Under the pieces are notes generated by a model, which did no database searches, was not told the origin of the DNA, and worked only from the letters and a program-made list of their open reading frames with translations. A stretch of DNA of 64,000 nucleotides from Cyanobacteria bacterium OH_CBrB_359 (GTDB taxonomy: Bacteria; Cyanobacteriota; Vampirovibrionia; Gastranaerophilales; Gastranaerophilaceae). Positions 26,944 to 36,214 of the stretch are shown here, one piece after another (position 1 is the first letter of the stretch; each line of letters begins with the position of its first letter). The position numbers and the translations under genes were made by a program. The DNA is taken from the NCBI GenBank assembly GCA_023433065.1, contig JAEZET010000006.1, positions 4,646 through 68,645 of the forward strand, given 5' to 3'.

Positions 26944-27942
26944 ATGACTGTCTATAAAAGCTGCCCCTGGATTGAACACGGGATTGTATTTGACCACTGT
27001 AATATTGTAAGGCAATGTGCCCACTTTAATCCGGTACATGGCGGACGCCCTATTATTTATAACAACTACCACGGGGAGAAATTCAACTGGAGAAAATTCT
27101 GGGATGCTAAAAAGAAATTAAGAGAAGATGCCAAAAAAGGCATATATTTACCAGAATGCAAAGACTGCATGTGTCTTGGAGAAAGAGATTGGGAAAAAGA
27201 AAATTATATAGACAGAATACTTCTTACACCTTGGATAGCCTGTAATTCAAGATGCGTATATTGCAATGCGCCGGTTGAAACAGAAGTGCTCGAAAATACA
27301 ACAAGTTATAAAATCCTGCCTGTTATGAAAGATTTTATAAAAAGAAAAATATTTTCTGCTGATGCAAATATAGATTTTGCAGGCGGAGAACCTACTATTT
27401 ATCCTGAATTTGAAGACTTAATCGATTTATTTATTAAAAATAACATTAACGATATTGTTGTTCATACAAATGCGATTAAATACAGCGAAAAAATCGAAGA
27501 AGCCATAAAAAAAGGAATCATGAGAATTTTAATATCAGTGGATTCAGCGACACCTGAAATGCACAAAACAATAAAACAAGTCGACACTTATGAAAAAGTG
27601 TGGAAAAGCATTGAAAAATACTCAAAAGCCCAGGAAGAAGGCGCAAGATCCGTAAGACTCAAATATATAATAGTTCCCGGAATAAACGATAATAAAGAAG
27701 AATTAACCAAATGGCTCTTAAAAAGCAAAGCTCTGGGCATAAATTATGTTGCACTTAACGTCGATTTTAACTGGCTTATGGCAAACGTTAATAACCTTTC
27801 AAGGCATATTTATGATTTAACTATGTATGTTTTAGACAAAGCTGAAGAACTCCAAATGGAAGTAGAGCTCTACCCTCAGCTTACTGAAACAAAAAACAGG
27901 TTAGAAAGAGAATTTGCAAAAGAATCTATTAATTCAAATTAA
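26944..27942 (+). CDS. radical SAM protein (paralog B) with Cys-rich N-terminal extension
   Basis: CNSRCVYC, FAGGEP and IIVPGINDN. Alignable with paralog A over its whole length. Confidence 0.8.
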   Translation: MTVYKSCPWIEHGIVFDHCNIVRQCAHFNPVHGGRPIIYNNYHGEKFNWRKFWDAKKKLREDAKKGIYLPECKDCMCLGERDWEKENYIDRILLTPWIACNSRCVYCNAPVETEVLENTTSYKILPVMKDFIKRKIFSADANIDFAGGEPTIYPEFEDLIDLFIKNNINDIVVHTNAIKYSEKIEEAIKKGIMRILISVDSATPEMHKTIKQVDTYEKVWKSIEKYSKAQEEGARSVRLKYIIVPGINDNKEELTKWLLKSKALGINYVALNVDFNWLMANVNNLSRHIYDLTMYVLDKAEELQMEVELYPQLTETKNRLEREFAKESINSN

Positions 27943-28208
27943 TCTTCTTTTTTATGACATTTTTTTAGCGAACAGTGAAGCGCAAGCGCAGGGAATAAGA
28001 AGAATTGGAAAAGTATTATCTTCCATACACCCATGAGAAGTACAATATTTTCTAAAAGTCCTTCTTCATCTATAGGATAAATTTTGCTTACATAACTGTA
28101 AGTGAAATCAAAATAAAGGTTATAAGTAAAGCACGCAACAATCAATAATATAAAACCGATAATAAAGGCTTTAAATAAAACTACCTTAACGAGATTTGCC
28201 GTTTCCAT
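27939..28208 (-). CDS. small membrane protein (2 predicted TM helices)
   Basis: Hydrophobic segments FIIGFILLIVACF and IILFQFFLFPALAL. Lies downstream of cca on the same strand. Confidence 0.5.
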   Translation of the reverse strand: METANLVKVVLFKAFIIGFILLIVACFTYNLYFDFTYSYVSKIYPIDEEGLLENIVLLMGVWKIILFQFFLFPALALHCSLKKCHKKED

Positions 28209-28256
28209 AAGATGCTCCTTTTACCAAAATAATCCAATCAAACAATATTATTTTTA

Positions 28257-29675
28257 TTAAACATTGTCAACAGCTAGTTGTTTAATAAACTCTATAGCCT
28301 CATCTTTTGAATTAACATCACCTGAAATTTGGGCTTCTTTGAGCTGGTTAATTAGATACCCCAGTTGTATTGAAGCTTCAACTCCCGTTATTTGCATTAT
28401 TTCATGACCGTCAAGCAGTTTTTCTAAAGGTTTAATCGAATCTCTTGTATTTAAATATTTTAATAGAAGTTCATTTAAAGAATTAATATTTTTAAATATA
28501 GTTTCAGGTTCAATATCAGGACCTAGAGCCGAAAGTCTGTCAGCAACAGCAAGAATGATAATATCAATCGTATCATCTCCCATTTTTCTGAACAATCTCA
28601 TCTGCGCTTTTTCACTGACTTCTTCCTGACTTACGATACTCGATGGATATATGTGATATTTAATCATTTTTTGGATATAAGAAATCTGTTTTTTTGAAAA
28701 CTTTAATTCTTTTAAAATACTTACAGCAATCTTAGAGCCTATATCATCATGCTTTATAAATCTGTGCTTTAACGTGTCTTCTTCAATAGTCCAGGTAGAA
28801 GGTTTCCCTATATCATGCAAAAAAGCTGCAAGCTTCAAATAAGCAATTTTTGAACAATTCCCAAATAATTTGTCTTGAAGATGCAATTTTACCTCATCTG
28901 ATGCATTTTCAAAGTATTTCTGAATCTGCCTTACTGTTTCAATACTATGCTCAAATAAGTCTAAGTGATGGTGCAGATTCGGCGGCACTTTTTTTAATTC
29001 GTTTACGATATCAAAAATATTTTCCAATAAACCTGCATTGTCCATTTTAATAAGAGCCTGATGAGCATATCCTCCCTCGAACAACTTCATAATCTCGACA
29101 TTAATCCTCTCTTTTGCAGGATATTTGATTTTGTCGGCATTTTCTTTTGTAAAGTCCAAGAGCTTAGACTCAATTTCAAATCCGAGTCTTGAAAAAAACC
29201 TGAAGATTCTTAAAAATCTCAATGAATCATCAATAAAGTTCTGATTACTTATTCCTCTTATAACTTTGTTTTCAAGGTCTTTTATTCCTCCTGCGGGATC
29301 AATAAATTCAGAATTCTTAAAGTCATATACCACAGCATTTATCGTCAAATCCCGCCTTAAAATATCTGTATTTAAATCATTTTCCAGCGGACTTGAAATA
29401 TCAACATAATTTTTTTTATCCTGAAGAACTATTCTATATATTTTATTTTCACAATCAAGCTCAATGAAATACCCTTTAATTTCTTTCGCTAATTTCTCGC
29501 TAAAATCTCTGACATCTATATCCTCAATAATCAAGTCTCTGTCGAAAGAATCATGCACCAAAAACAAATCTCTTATAAAACCACCGACCAAATAAGCCTT
29601 ATAACCTTTTATATAAGGCTTTATAAGACTTATAACACTGTCATTTTCAATTTTATCTTTTAAATACTGTTTCAA
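28257..29675 (-). CDS. cca: CCA-adding enzyme / tRNA nucleotidyltransferase with HD domain
   Basis: VGGFIRD, RDLTINA and LRFLR.FRF head-domain motifs. C-terminal FLHDIGK HD domain. Confidence 0.85.
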   Translation of the reverse strand: MKQYLKDKIENDSVISLIKPYIKGYKAYLVGGFIRDLFLVHDSFDRDLIIEDIDVRDFSEKLAKEIKGYFIELDCENKIYRIVLQDKKNYVDISSPLENDLNTDILRRDLTINAVVYDFKNSEFIDPAGGIKDLENKVIRGISNQNFIDDSLRFLRIFRFFSRLGFEIESKLLDFTKENADKIKYPAKERINVEIMKLFEGGYAHQALIKMDNAGLLENIFDIVNELKKVPPNLHHHLDLFEHSIETVRQIQKYFENASDEVKLHLQDKLFGNCSKIAYLKLAAFLHDIGKPSTWTIEEDTLKHRFIKHDDIGSKIAVSILKELKFSKKQISYIQKMIKYHIYPSSIVSQEEVSEKAQMRLFRKMGDDTIDIIILAVADRLSALGPDIEPETIFKNINSLNELLLKYLNTRDSIKPLEKLLDGHEIMQITGVEASIQLGYLINQLKEAQISGDVNSKDEAIEFIKQLAVDNV

Positions 29676-30406
29676 GAATTACTAACCTCATAAATCAAAT
29701 TCGAAAGTGCCACAACTGCAGCGGTATCCGCTCTGTATATTAAATTACCGAGGGTAATTTTTTTAATATTATGTCTTTCAAAAAAATCAAATTCTCTATC
29801 TGAAAATCCGCCCTCAGGACCAATTATAGCAAGAATTGTCTTATTTTTAACATCTATTGTTTTAAAATATTCTTTTAAAGTGCCTTCTGCATCCCTCTCA
29901 ACGAATGCAACGATAATATCAAATTTTTTATTCAATGTAATTTCATCAAGATTAGAAAGGGGAAAAACCTTTGGGATATCAGCTCTTTCGCATTGTTTAA
30001 CCGATTCAAAAACAATCTTCTGCCACTTGTCAATTTTAGACTTAATAAAGTTCTCTTTTAAAGTACAATTGTCTGTATACAAAGGTATAATGCCTTTGAC
30101 TCCAAGCTCTGTAGCCTTTTGCAATATACTGAACTGTGCATCTGTTTTAAGCACACCTTGCGCTAAATAAAGCTCTATATAAAGTTTTCTCTCAGATTTA
30201 TAAGAATCTACAACTTTAGTATAGATTTTATCGGAAGTGATATTTTCTACCTCTGTGACATACTGAATCTCATTTTCATCAATAAATATAACCTTTTCAC
30301 CCTGTTTAGCCCTTAAAACTTTGGCGATATGCTTATAAAGTTCTTTGTCCGCAACCACTATCTTTCCAGCATTTACTATAGCTGAATTTATAATAAAATG
30401 AGGCAT
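29672..30406 (-). CDS. rsmE: 16S rRNA (uracil1498-N3)-methyltransferase RsmE
   Basis: IGPEGGFSDRE and ITLGN.I.RA.TA motifs. The ATG at 30406 (MPHFII...) is preferred over the upstream TTG of the track. Confidence 0.8.
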   Translation of the reverse strand: MPHFIINSAIVNAGKIVVADKELYKHIAKVLRAKQGEKVIFIDENEIQYVTEVENITSDKIYTKVVDSYKSERKLYIELYLAQGVLKTDAQFSILQKATELGVKGIIPLYTDNCTLKENFIKSKIDKWQKIVFESVKQCERADIPKVFPLSNLDEITLNKKFDIIVAFVERDAEGTLKEYFKTIDVKNKTILAIIGPEGGFSDREFDFFERHNIKKITLGNLIYRADTAAVVALSNLIYEVSNS

Positions 30407-30526
30407 TTTAGACCAATTTCTACTCCAAATGGAGGATATTTCATACTTTAGTATAATACACTCAAATCCTTTATATAGCAAGTGTTTTAACTATTTTTTA
30501 CACAAAAAAGCAATCGAACCTACAAC

Positions 30527-30553
30527 TAAAGTATAAAAAAAACAAACCGATAA
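30527..30553 (+). promoter_or_regulatory. sigma-28 (FliA) promoter of the flagellin gene
   Basis: TAAAGTAT-N11-ACCGATAA versus consensus TAAAGTTT-N11-GCCGATAA. Lies 31 nt upstream of the fliC ATG; GAAGGAGAG SD in between. Confidence 0.8.
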
Positions 30554-30583
30554 CCTGATTGTGATAAGAGAAGGAGAGAAAAC

Positions 30584-31477
30584 ATGGCAATCACCGTTAA
30601 CACAAACGTATCGGCTTTAATAGCCCAGAACAACTTACTGAAGAGTAATACTTCATTAAACAGTACCCTACAACAGTTATCAACCGGCCTTAGAATTAAC
30701 AGCGCAAAAGATGACGCAGCCGGATTAGCAATTTCGATTGGTATGAGCAACCAGATTAAGGGTAACGCAAAAGCTCAAGATAACATCCAGGACGGATTAA
30801 ACTTGATGCAAACCGCAGAAAGCGGTATGGAAGTTGCAACAGAACACCTTTCACGTATCAGAGAACTATGTGTTCAAGCAGCAAACGAAATTTACAACAC
30901 AGAAAACAAAACAGCAATATTAAACGAAATTAAACAAAGAATCGAAGATATCGACGTTCAGGCAAGATCGTTTAAATTCAACGAAATTACATTGTTGGAT
31001 GGAAGCAAAGATTCATTAAGACTCCAATTCGGTGCAGGAACAGACCCTGAATTGAACTCAATAGATATCGGCTCTGCTTTAACAAATATGAGAGTATCCG
31101 CAGGTGCCTTGGATGTCCAAATAAAGGTTACAACAAATCTTACACCAGAAGCTCAGGCTGAAGGCTATATAGCAATTGAAGACTGGGATCCGGATGAAGT
31201 AATGGATTATATGGATAAGCTTGACAGCGCAATTTCCCAAATTACAAGTGACAGATCTATGTTAGGTGCTTATTCAAACAGGTTACAAGCTAACTATGAC
31301 AACCTTGTAAGCGCAAACGAAAACATAGAAAATTCAAAATCAAGAGTATTAGATGTAGATATAGCAAAAGCAAGTACCGATATGGTCAAATACCAAATCT
31401 TACAACAATCTTCAGTAAGCGTTTTGGCTCAAGCAAACTCAATCCCACAAATCGCCTTAAGCTTGCTACAAGGATAA
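30584..31477 (+). CDS. fliC: flagellin (short, 297 aa)
   Basis: MAITVNTNVSALIAQNNL...LSTGLRINSAKDDAAGLAI and C-terminal DMVKYQILQQSSVSVLAQANS.PQ.ALSLLQG. Confidence 0.93.
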   Translation: MAITVNTNVSALIAQNNLLKSNTSLNSTLQQLSTGLRINSAKDDAAGLAISIGMSNQIKGNAKAQDNIQDGLNLMQTAESGMEVATEHLSRIRELCVQAANEIYNTENKTAILNEIKQRIEDIDVQARSFKFNEITLLDGSKDSLRLQFGAGTDPELNSIDIGSALTNMRVSAGALDVQIKVTTNLTPEAQAEGYIAIEDWDPDEVMDYMDKLDSAISQITSDRSMLGAYSNRLQANYDNLVSANENIENSKSRVLDVDIAKASTDMVKYQILQQSSVSVLAQANSIPQIALSLLQG

Positions 31478-31504
31478 AATTACTGAAACTTATCAGTCTC
31501 TCCT

Positions 31505-31530
31505 CACCGACCTTAATTATAAGGTCGGTG
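31505..31530 (+). terminator. rho-independent terminator after fliC
   Basis: CACCGACCTT-AATTAT-AAGGTCGGTG followed by a T-rich tract. Confidence 0.7.
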
Positions 31531-31589
31531 TCTCTTATTTACAATTTTTTTTACTTTACATTTAATTTACAAAATTTTATTATTATAAA

Positions 31590-32993
31590 ATGATAAAAAT
31601 TAATACCGATTTAATTAAAGAAGCAGTATATAAATTATGTCTTGAAGCTAATACAAGGCTTGACAAAAAAAGCTATGAAAAAATCTTAAATGCATATAAG
31701 ACAACCTCTGACGAAAATCTTAAAACAACATTCAAGTATATCTTAAAAAACGCCAAAAAAGCCTTTGAAAACAAAACCGCTCTATGCCAGGATACCGGGC
31801 AGGTTATAGTTTTTTTGACAATAGGACAAAATGTATTTATTGAAGGCGAAGATTTGTATAACACAATAAATTCAGCAGTTGAAAAGTCATACAGAGAAAA
31901 TTTTTTCAGAAAGTCAACAGTAAAAGATGCACTCTGTGACAGGACCAATACAAATACAAACACTCCTGTGATAATCCACACAGAAATTATATCCGGCGAT
32001 GAAGTTAGAATCGAAATCCTCATAAAAGGCGCAGGGTCAGAAAATAAATCAAAATCAAAAATGTTACTACCGACTGCCTCAAAAGAAGATATTAAACAAT
32101 TCGTGGCAAAATCGGTTATTGAATCAGGATTAAGTTCCTGTCCTCCACTATTTGTGGGCATAGGAATAGGAGGAACAGCAGACAAATCAGCTTACCTTGC
32201 CAAAAAAGCTCTTTTAAAAGGCGATGAAAAAGAAGAAATAAAAGTATTTGCAGAAAATATTAAAGAATTCATAAATAAAAATTCGCCTGCAGATTTCCCT
32301 GAAAATTATGTTCTTGAAGTGAATATAATATCATCACCAACTCACATAGCCTGCCTTCCGATATCAGTTTCAATTAACTGCCATTCATCAAGAAAAGCCG
32401 GTTGCATTATAAAAGAGGGCAAAATTTTTTATGACATTGAGGACTATGCCTTTATTGACCCCAAAATCAATAATGATAATAATTCAAAACAACTAAACAC
32501 TTCACAAACAGAAGAAATACAAAATCTTAAAGAAGGTGATAACATTCTCCTCTCAGGAGAACTTTACATAGCAAGAGATGCTGCACACAAAAGGATTATC
32601 GAGTTAATTGAAAAAAAACAAAAACTTCCGATTGAAATAAAAGACAAAATAATTTTCTACGCAGGCCCATGCCCTGCTAAACCAGGAACTATAATCGGTC
32701 CTGTTGGACCAACAACAGCATCAAGAATGGATAATTATGCTGAAATTTTATACAAAAGAGGCCTGCTTGCAACTATAGGCAAAGGTGAGAGAAGCGAAAA
32801 TTTAAAAAATATTATTAGAAAAAATAACGGTATATATTTCACTCTAACAGGAGGAATCGCAAGCCTTATTTCGGAAAAAATCACGAAATGTAATACAATA
32901 GCCTTTGAAGAACTGGGTGCTGAAGCAATATACAAAATTCAAGTTAAAAATTTCCCTCTTAAAGTTGAAGTTTCGAAAACAAAGAATTTATAG
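31590..32993 (+). CDS. class I (Fe-S) fumarate hydratase / tartrate dehydratase family, fused alpha+beta
   Basis: CQDTGQVIVF and GIGIGGTAD (alpha part). GELYIARDAAHKR and GPTTASRMD (beta part) in one 467-aa ORF. Confidence 0.8.
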   Translation: MIKINTDLIKEAVYKLCLEANTRLDKKSYEKILNAYKTTSDENLKTTFKYILKNAKKAFENKTALCQDTGQVIVFLTIGQNVFIEGEDLYNTINSAVEKSYRENFFRKSTVKDALCDRTNTNTNTPVIIHTEIISGDEVRIEILIKGAGSENKSKSKMLLPTASKEDIKQFVAKSVIESGLSSCPPLFVGIGIGGTADKSAYLAKKALLKGDEKEEIKVFAENIKEFINKNSPADFPENYVLEVNIISSPTHIACLPISVSINCHSSRKAGCIIKEGKIFYDIEDYAFIDPKINNDNNSKQLNTSQTEEIQNLKEGDNILLSGELYIARDAAHKRIIELIEKKQKLPIEIKDKIIFYAGPCPAKPGTIIGPVGPTTASRMDNYAEILYKRGLLATIGKGERSENLKNIIRKNNGIYFTLTGGIASLISEKITKCNTIAFEELGAEAIYKIQVKNFPLKVEVSKTKNL

Positions 32994-33818
32994 CGCTACC
33001 AATTCCTTAGCCTGATTCTGTTTGACATAATTCTTTAAAGAATCAAGTATTGCAGGATTAATTTTGCCATCTTGAGCGTATTTTTCAAGAATTTTCAATG
33101 ATTGTTCGGGAGTCAGTTCGTCTTTATATGCTCTTTTTGATGTCAAGGCAGAATAAATATCAGCAATTGTAACAATCTGAGATCTTAAGTCTTCTTGTCT
33201 GTAAAAAGGCTTATGGTGGTCTCTTATTATTACAAGAGATCTTTCATCAAGACCTGTTGGGCCTAAAAGCTCATAACCCAACTGTGAATGAAGATTTATT
33301 ATCTGTCTTTCATTTGGTGTCAATTGACATTTTTTGTTAATTACGTGCTTTGGAATCAATACTTTGCCAAAATCATGGAGCAAAGCACCTCTTGAAATTA
33401 TTTCTTTGTCAGTTTTATCAAGACCTATATCATCTGCCATACCTAAAGATGCCTCTACTATTGATTGCAGATGATTGTCTTTGAGCTCTGCTACATTTTC
33501 AGGGTTCACTGTAAGTTTAATATCTTTTGAAGCTAACATCTGTTTTACTCTTGGATTAGCCTGAACCATCTTATGGATAGCTTCAGCTTGAAGATAATTA
33601 TTCAAAAGTATCTGGGGAGCGAATAATTCAAGAAATTTGTTAGACAATAGCTCAGGGGTTGTAAATCTCGCAGGATAACCCTTTTCAAAATAATCTGATC
33701 TTTCCGTAATAACAGGTTTTTTGCCGTCATTTGGCATAAAAATAGGCTTAGAAGTAAACGTTTGCCTGCTATTTCGTACCGAACCTATTGCTAAATTATT
33801 GTCTACACTGAAATTCAA
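32988..33818 (-). CDS. HD-domain protein related to HD-GYP but lacking the GYP segment
   Basis: GALLHDFGK, NLHSQLGYELL, DHHKPF and IADIYSALTSKRAYK. No WDGxGYP. TTG start. Confidence 0.65.
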   Translation of the reverse strand: MNFSVDNNLAIGSVRNSRQTFTSKPIFMPNDGKKPVITERSDYFEKGYPARFTTPELLSNKFLELFAPQILLNNYLQAEAIHKMVQANPRVKQMLASKDIKLTVNPENVAELKDNHLQSIVEASLGMADDIGLDKTDKEIISRGALLHDFGKVLIPKHVINKKCQLTPNERQIINLHSQLGYELLGPTGLDERSLVIIRDHHKPFYRQEDLRSQIVTIADIYSALTSKRAYKDELTPEQSLKILEKYAQDGKINPAILDSLKNYVKQNQAKELVAL

Positions 33819-34344
33819 CTACTTTTACCTAAAAAACTATTACATAACCTTCACTTATATATAAAGTTTTTTTTTGGGCTAAAATTTCTTTGGTAAAAAG
33901 TGATTGAAACACTTTGTTACAAATTTTTTACAACGCAGTTAATTTTTCACATAAAACCTTGGGCAAATTTATTGCTACTTGACAGAGTCTGAGACAAAAA
34001 CAACATTTTACGAATATTTCAGCTTCAAAGCTACAATCCAGTTAGTGAATTTCACTCTATTTCTTGGATTTTCCCAACATTCACACAAGTTAAAAGGGAT
34101 TCAATAATTATTGGCATAATAAATTTATAATAATTTACTATTTTAATAAAATATTATACTAATACAAATTAAATATTTTAAAAAGCCAAATAACGGCTGC
34201 TACTATTCTTCAGCCATTTCGTCATTAAAATAAGAGTCAATAGCATCATTAGTAATGGATGTATGATATTTTCTTATCATTAAAATCCCCGTTTCACTAT
34301 ATAAACAATAAACGCATTTAAAATAAAAAAAGCAGAAACTAAAA

Positions 34345-34361
34345 AAGAGGCTGAATACCTC
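34345..34361 (-). terminator. weak terminator hairpin downstream of tRNA-Lys
   Basis: AGAGG-N7-CCTCT, followed on the minus strand by a T-rich tract. Only 5 bp of stem. Confidence 0.35.
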
Positions 34362-34370
34362 TTAAAATAA

Positions 34371-34446
34371 ATGGTGCGTCCACTGCGATTCGAACGCAGG
34401 ACCTATCCCTTAAAAGGGGAGTGCTCTACCTGCTGAGCTATGGACG
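34371..34446 (-). tRNA. tRNA-Lys (anticodon TTT), CCA encoded
   Basis: 76-nt cloverleaf: acceptor GCGTCCA/TGGACGC, D stem GCTC/GAGC, anticodon loop CTTTTAA, T arm CTGCG-TTCGAAT-CGCAG, ACCA 3' end. Confidence 0.9.
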
Positions 34447-34515
34447 CACACTTTATATTCGACTGTTATTTTAAAATACCAAGAACAAAAATAAACGTCA
34501 ATTACTTTTTTGGAT

Positions 34516-35814
34516 TCACTTTTCTAAAGGATTCTCTAAAATAATTGTCTGATCTCTGTCAGGGCCAACACTAATAATTGTAACAGGTATCCCTACAAGC
34601 TCTTCAAGCCTTTTTAGATATTTTCTTGCATTAATCGGTAAATCTTCCAATGATTTTGCCGCAGAAATATCGCTCTTCCAACCTTTAAAAGTTTCATAGA
34701 CAGGCTCAATATATTTATGCATATAAATATTAGTAGGATAATCCTCATAAATTTGCCCGTCACGCTTGTCTTTATATGCGACACAAACTTTTAATTCATC
34801 AAAATCATTAAATACATCAAGTTTTGTAATAGCCATAGCCGTTAAACCTCCAACCAGTGAGGCATATCTGGACAAAACAGCATCAAACCAGCCGCAGCGC
34901 CTTGGTCTCCCTGTAGTTGTCCCAAACTCGGCTCCAATAGTCCTTATATTATCTCCAATTTCATCCAAAAGTTCTGTAATAAAAGGACCTTCTCCCACTC
35001 TTGTAATATAGGCTTTGGCAACACCTATAACATTATTTATATAAGCAGGTCCGATGCCGCTTCCTGTAGCTGCTCCGCCGCCTATAGGATTGGAACTTGT
35101 AACATAAGGATATGTACCGTAATCAATGTCAAGCATAACCCCCTGGGCACCTTCGAAAAGTACTGATTTATCAGATTTTATTGCATTATTTAATTTTGAT
35201 ATCCAATCATTGCAAACAAAAGGTCTAAATACTTCTGCATATTGAGCACAAAGCTTAAATACTTCATCTTTTGAATAAGTTTTTAACCCGTATACCTCTT
35301 TTAAAATTTTATTTTTAAGAGGCAATATAGCATCAAGCCTTTTGTCCAAAGATTCCAAGTCATATAAATCTTGAATTTTTAAACCATATCTGCCGACCTT
35401 GTCAGAATATGTAGGACCTATACCCTTTTTAGTTGTTCCGATTTTATACTTTTCCGATGACGCTTCACTAATGCCGTCTATATCAATATGATAAGGCATG
35501 GTAACACTTGCCAGGGGACTTATTTTAAGGTTTTCAAGAGATATCCCCTTACTCTTTAAATCATCAATCTCTTTTTTGAAAGTTTCAGGGTGAACCACAG
35601 TACCTGCCCCAATCAGGCAGAATTTATCACCATACAAGATTCCTGAAGGTATCAAGTGAAATTTATGGGTAACACCATCAACAACAACCGTATGACCAGC
35701 ATTACATCCCCCTTGATAACGAATTATCACATCAGCATGCCCTGCAAGTAAGTCAGTAATTTTGGCTTTACCCTCATCACCCCACTGCGCACCAACAACA
35801 ACAGTATTTTTCAC
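34516..35814 (-). CDS. purA: adenylosuccinate synthetase
   Basis: VVVGAQWGDEGKAKITD, GGCNAGHTVV and GTTGRPRRCGWFD motifs. Confidence 0.93.
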   Translation of the reverse strand: MKNTVVVGAQWGDEGKAKITDLLAGHADVIIRYQGGCNAGHTVVVDGVTHKFHLIPSGILYGDKFCLIGAGTVVHPETFKKEIDDLKSKGISLENLKISPLASVTMPYHIDIDGISEASSEKYKIGTTKKGIGPTYSDKVGRYGLKIQDLYDLESLDKRLDAILPLKNKILKEVYGLKTYSKDEVFKLCAQYAEVFRPFVCNDWISKLNNAIKSDKSVLFEGAQGVMLDIDYGTYPYVTSSNPIGGGAATGSGIGPAYINNVIGVAKAYITRVGEGPFITELLDEIGDNIRTIGAEFGTTTGRPRRCGWFDAVLSRYASLVGGLTAMAITKLDVFNDFDELKVCVAYKDKRDGQIYEDYPTNIYMHKYIEPVYETFKGWKSDISAAKSLEDLPINARKYLKRLEELVGIPVTIISVGPDRDQTIILENPLEK

Positions 35815-36012
35815 TTTAACACCTCAACATTCTGTCCGTAAATAAGTATAAAATAAATAAAAATAATGTCCAAATCTAATTAAAATTGTAAAGTTGACAC
35901 TTTTTATTATTATTTAAGCCAAAATGACATTTTTTTTAACAAAAATGCAGAAAAAATAACAAATAAAACTTATTTACTAAAAAAATTTTGCAAAAAGTGC
36001 AAAAATAATAAT

Positions 36013-36038
36013 AAAAAAAAGCCACTCGATAGAGTGGT
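36013..36038 (-). terminator. strong rho-independent terminator about 180 nt downstream of the radical SAM gene
   Basis: Minus strand reads CCACTC-TATC-GAGTGG followed by C and eight T. Confidence 0.7.
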
Positions 36039-36214
36039 TTATTTCTGCATCCTAATGGTCTCTTCTTTGTGTTTATTATTTAGGAGTTTATATGTGTTCG
36101 GGGTTATAATGTTTCTTTTTGTTATTTAGTGTTTCGGCTACACTTAAATCTCATATAAGTATTATGACATAATATAAAAATAAGTCAATCCTTCAATTGG
36201 GTATTTGTAAACTT

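Noticed and set aside
33858-33875. An 18-nt identical string, TATATAAAGTTTTTTTTT, lies 40-43 nt upstream of two minus-strand starts: the HD-domain gene (33858-33875) and the Pro-rich mini-protein (46789-46806).
   Set aside because: Half of it is a T9 homopolymer and the rest reads as a -10-like TATATA on the coding strand. It is probably similar promoter architecture (A-tract plus -10) rather than a specific regulatory element. It does not match the sigma-28 or sigma-54 consensus.
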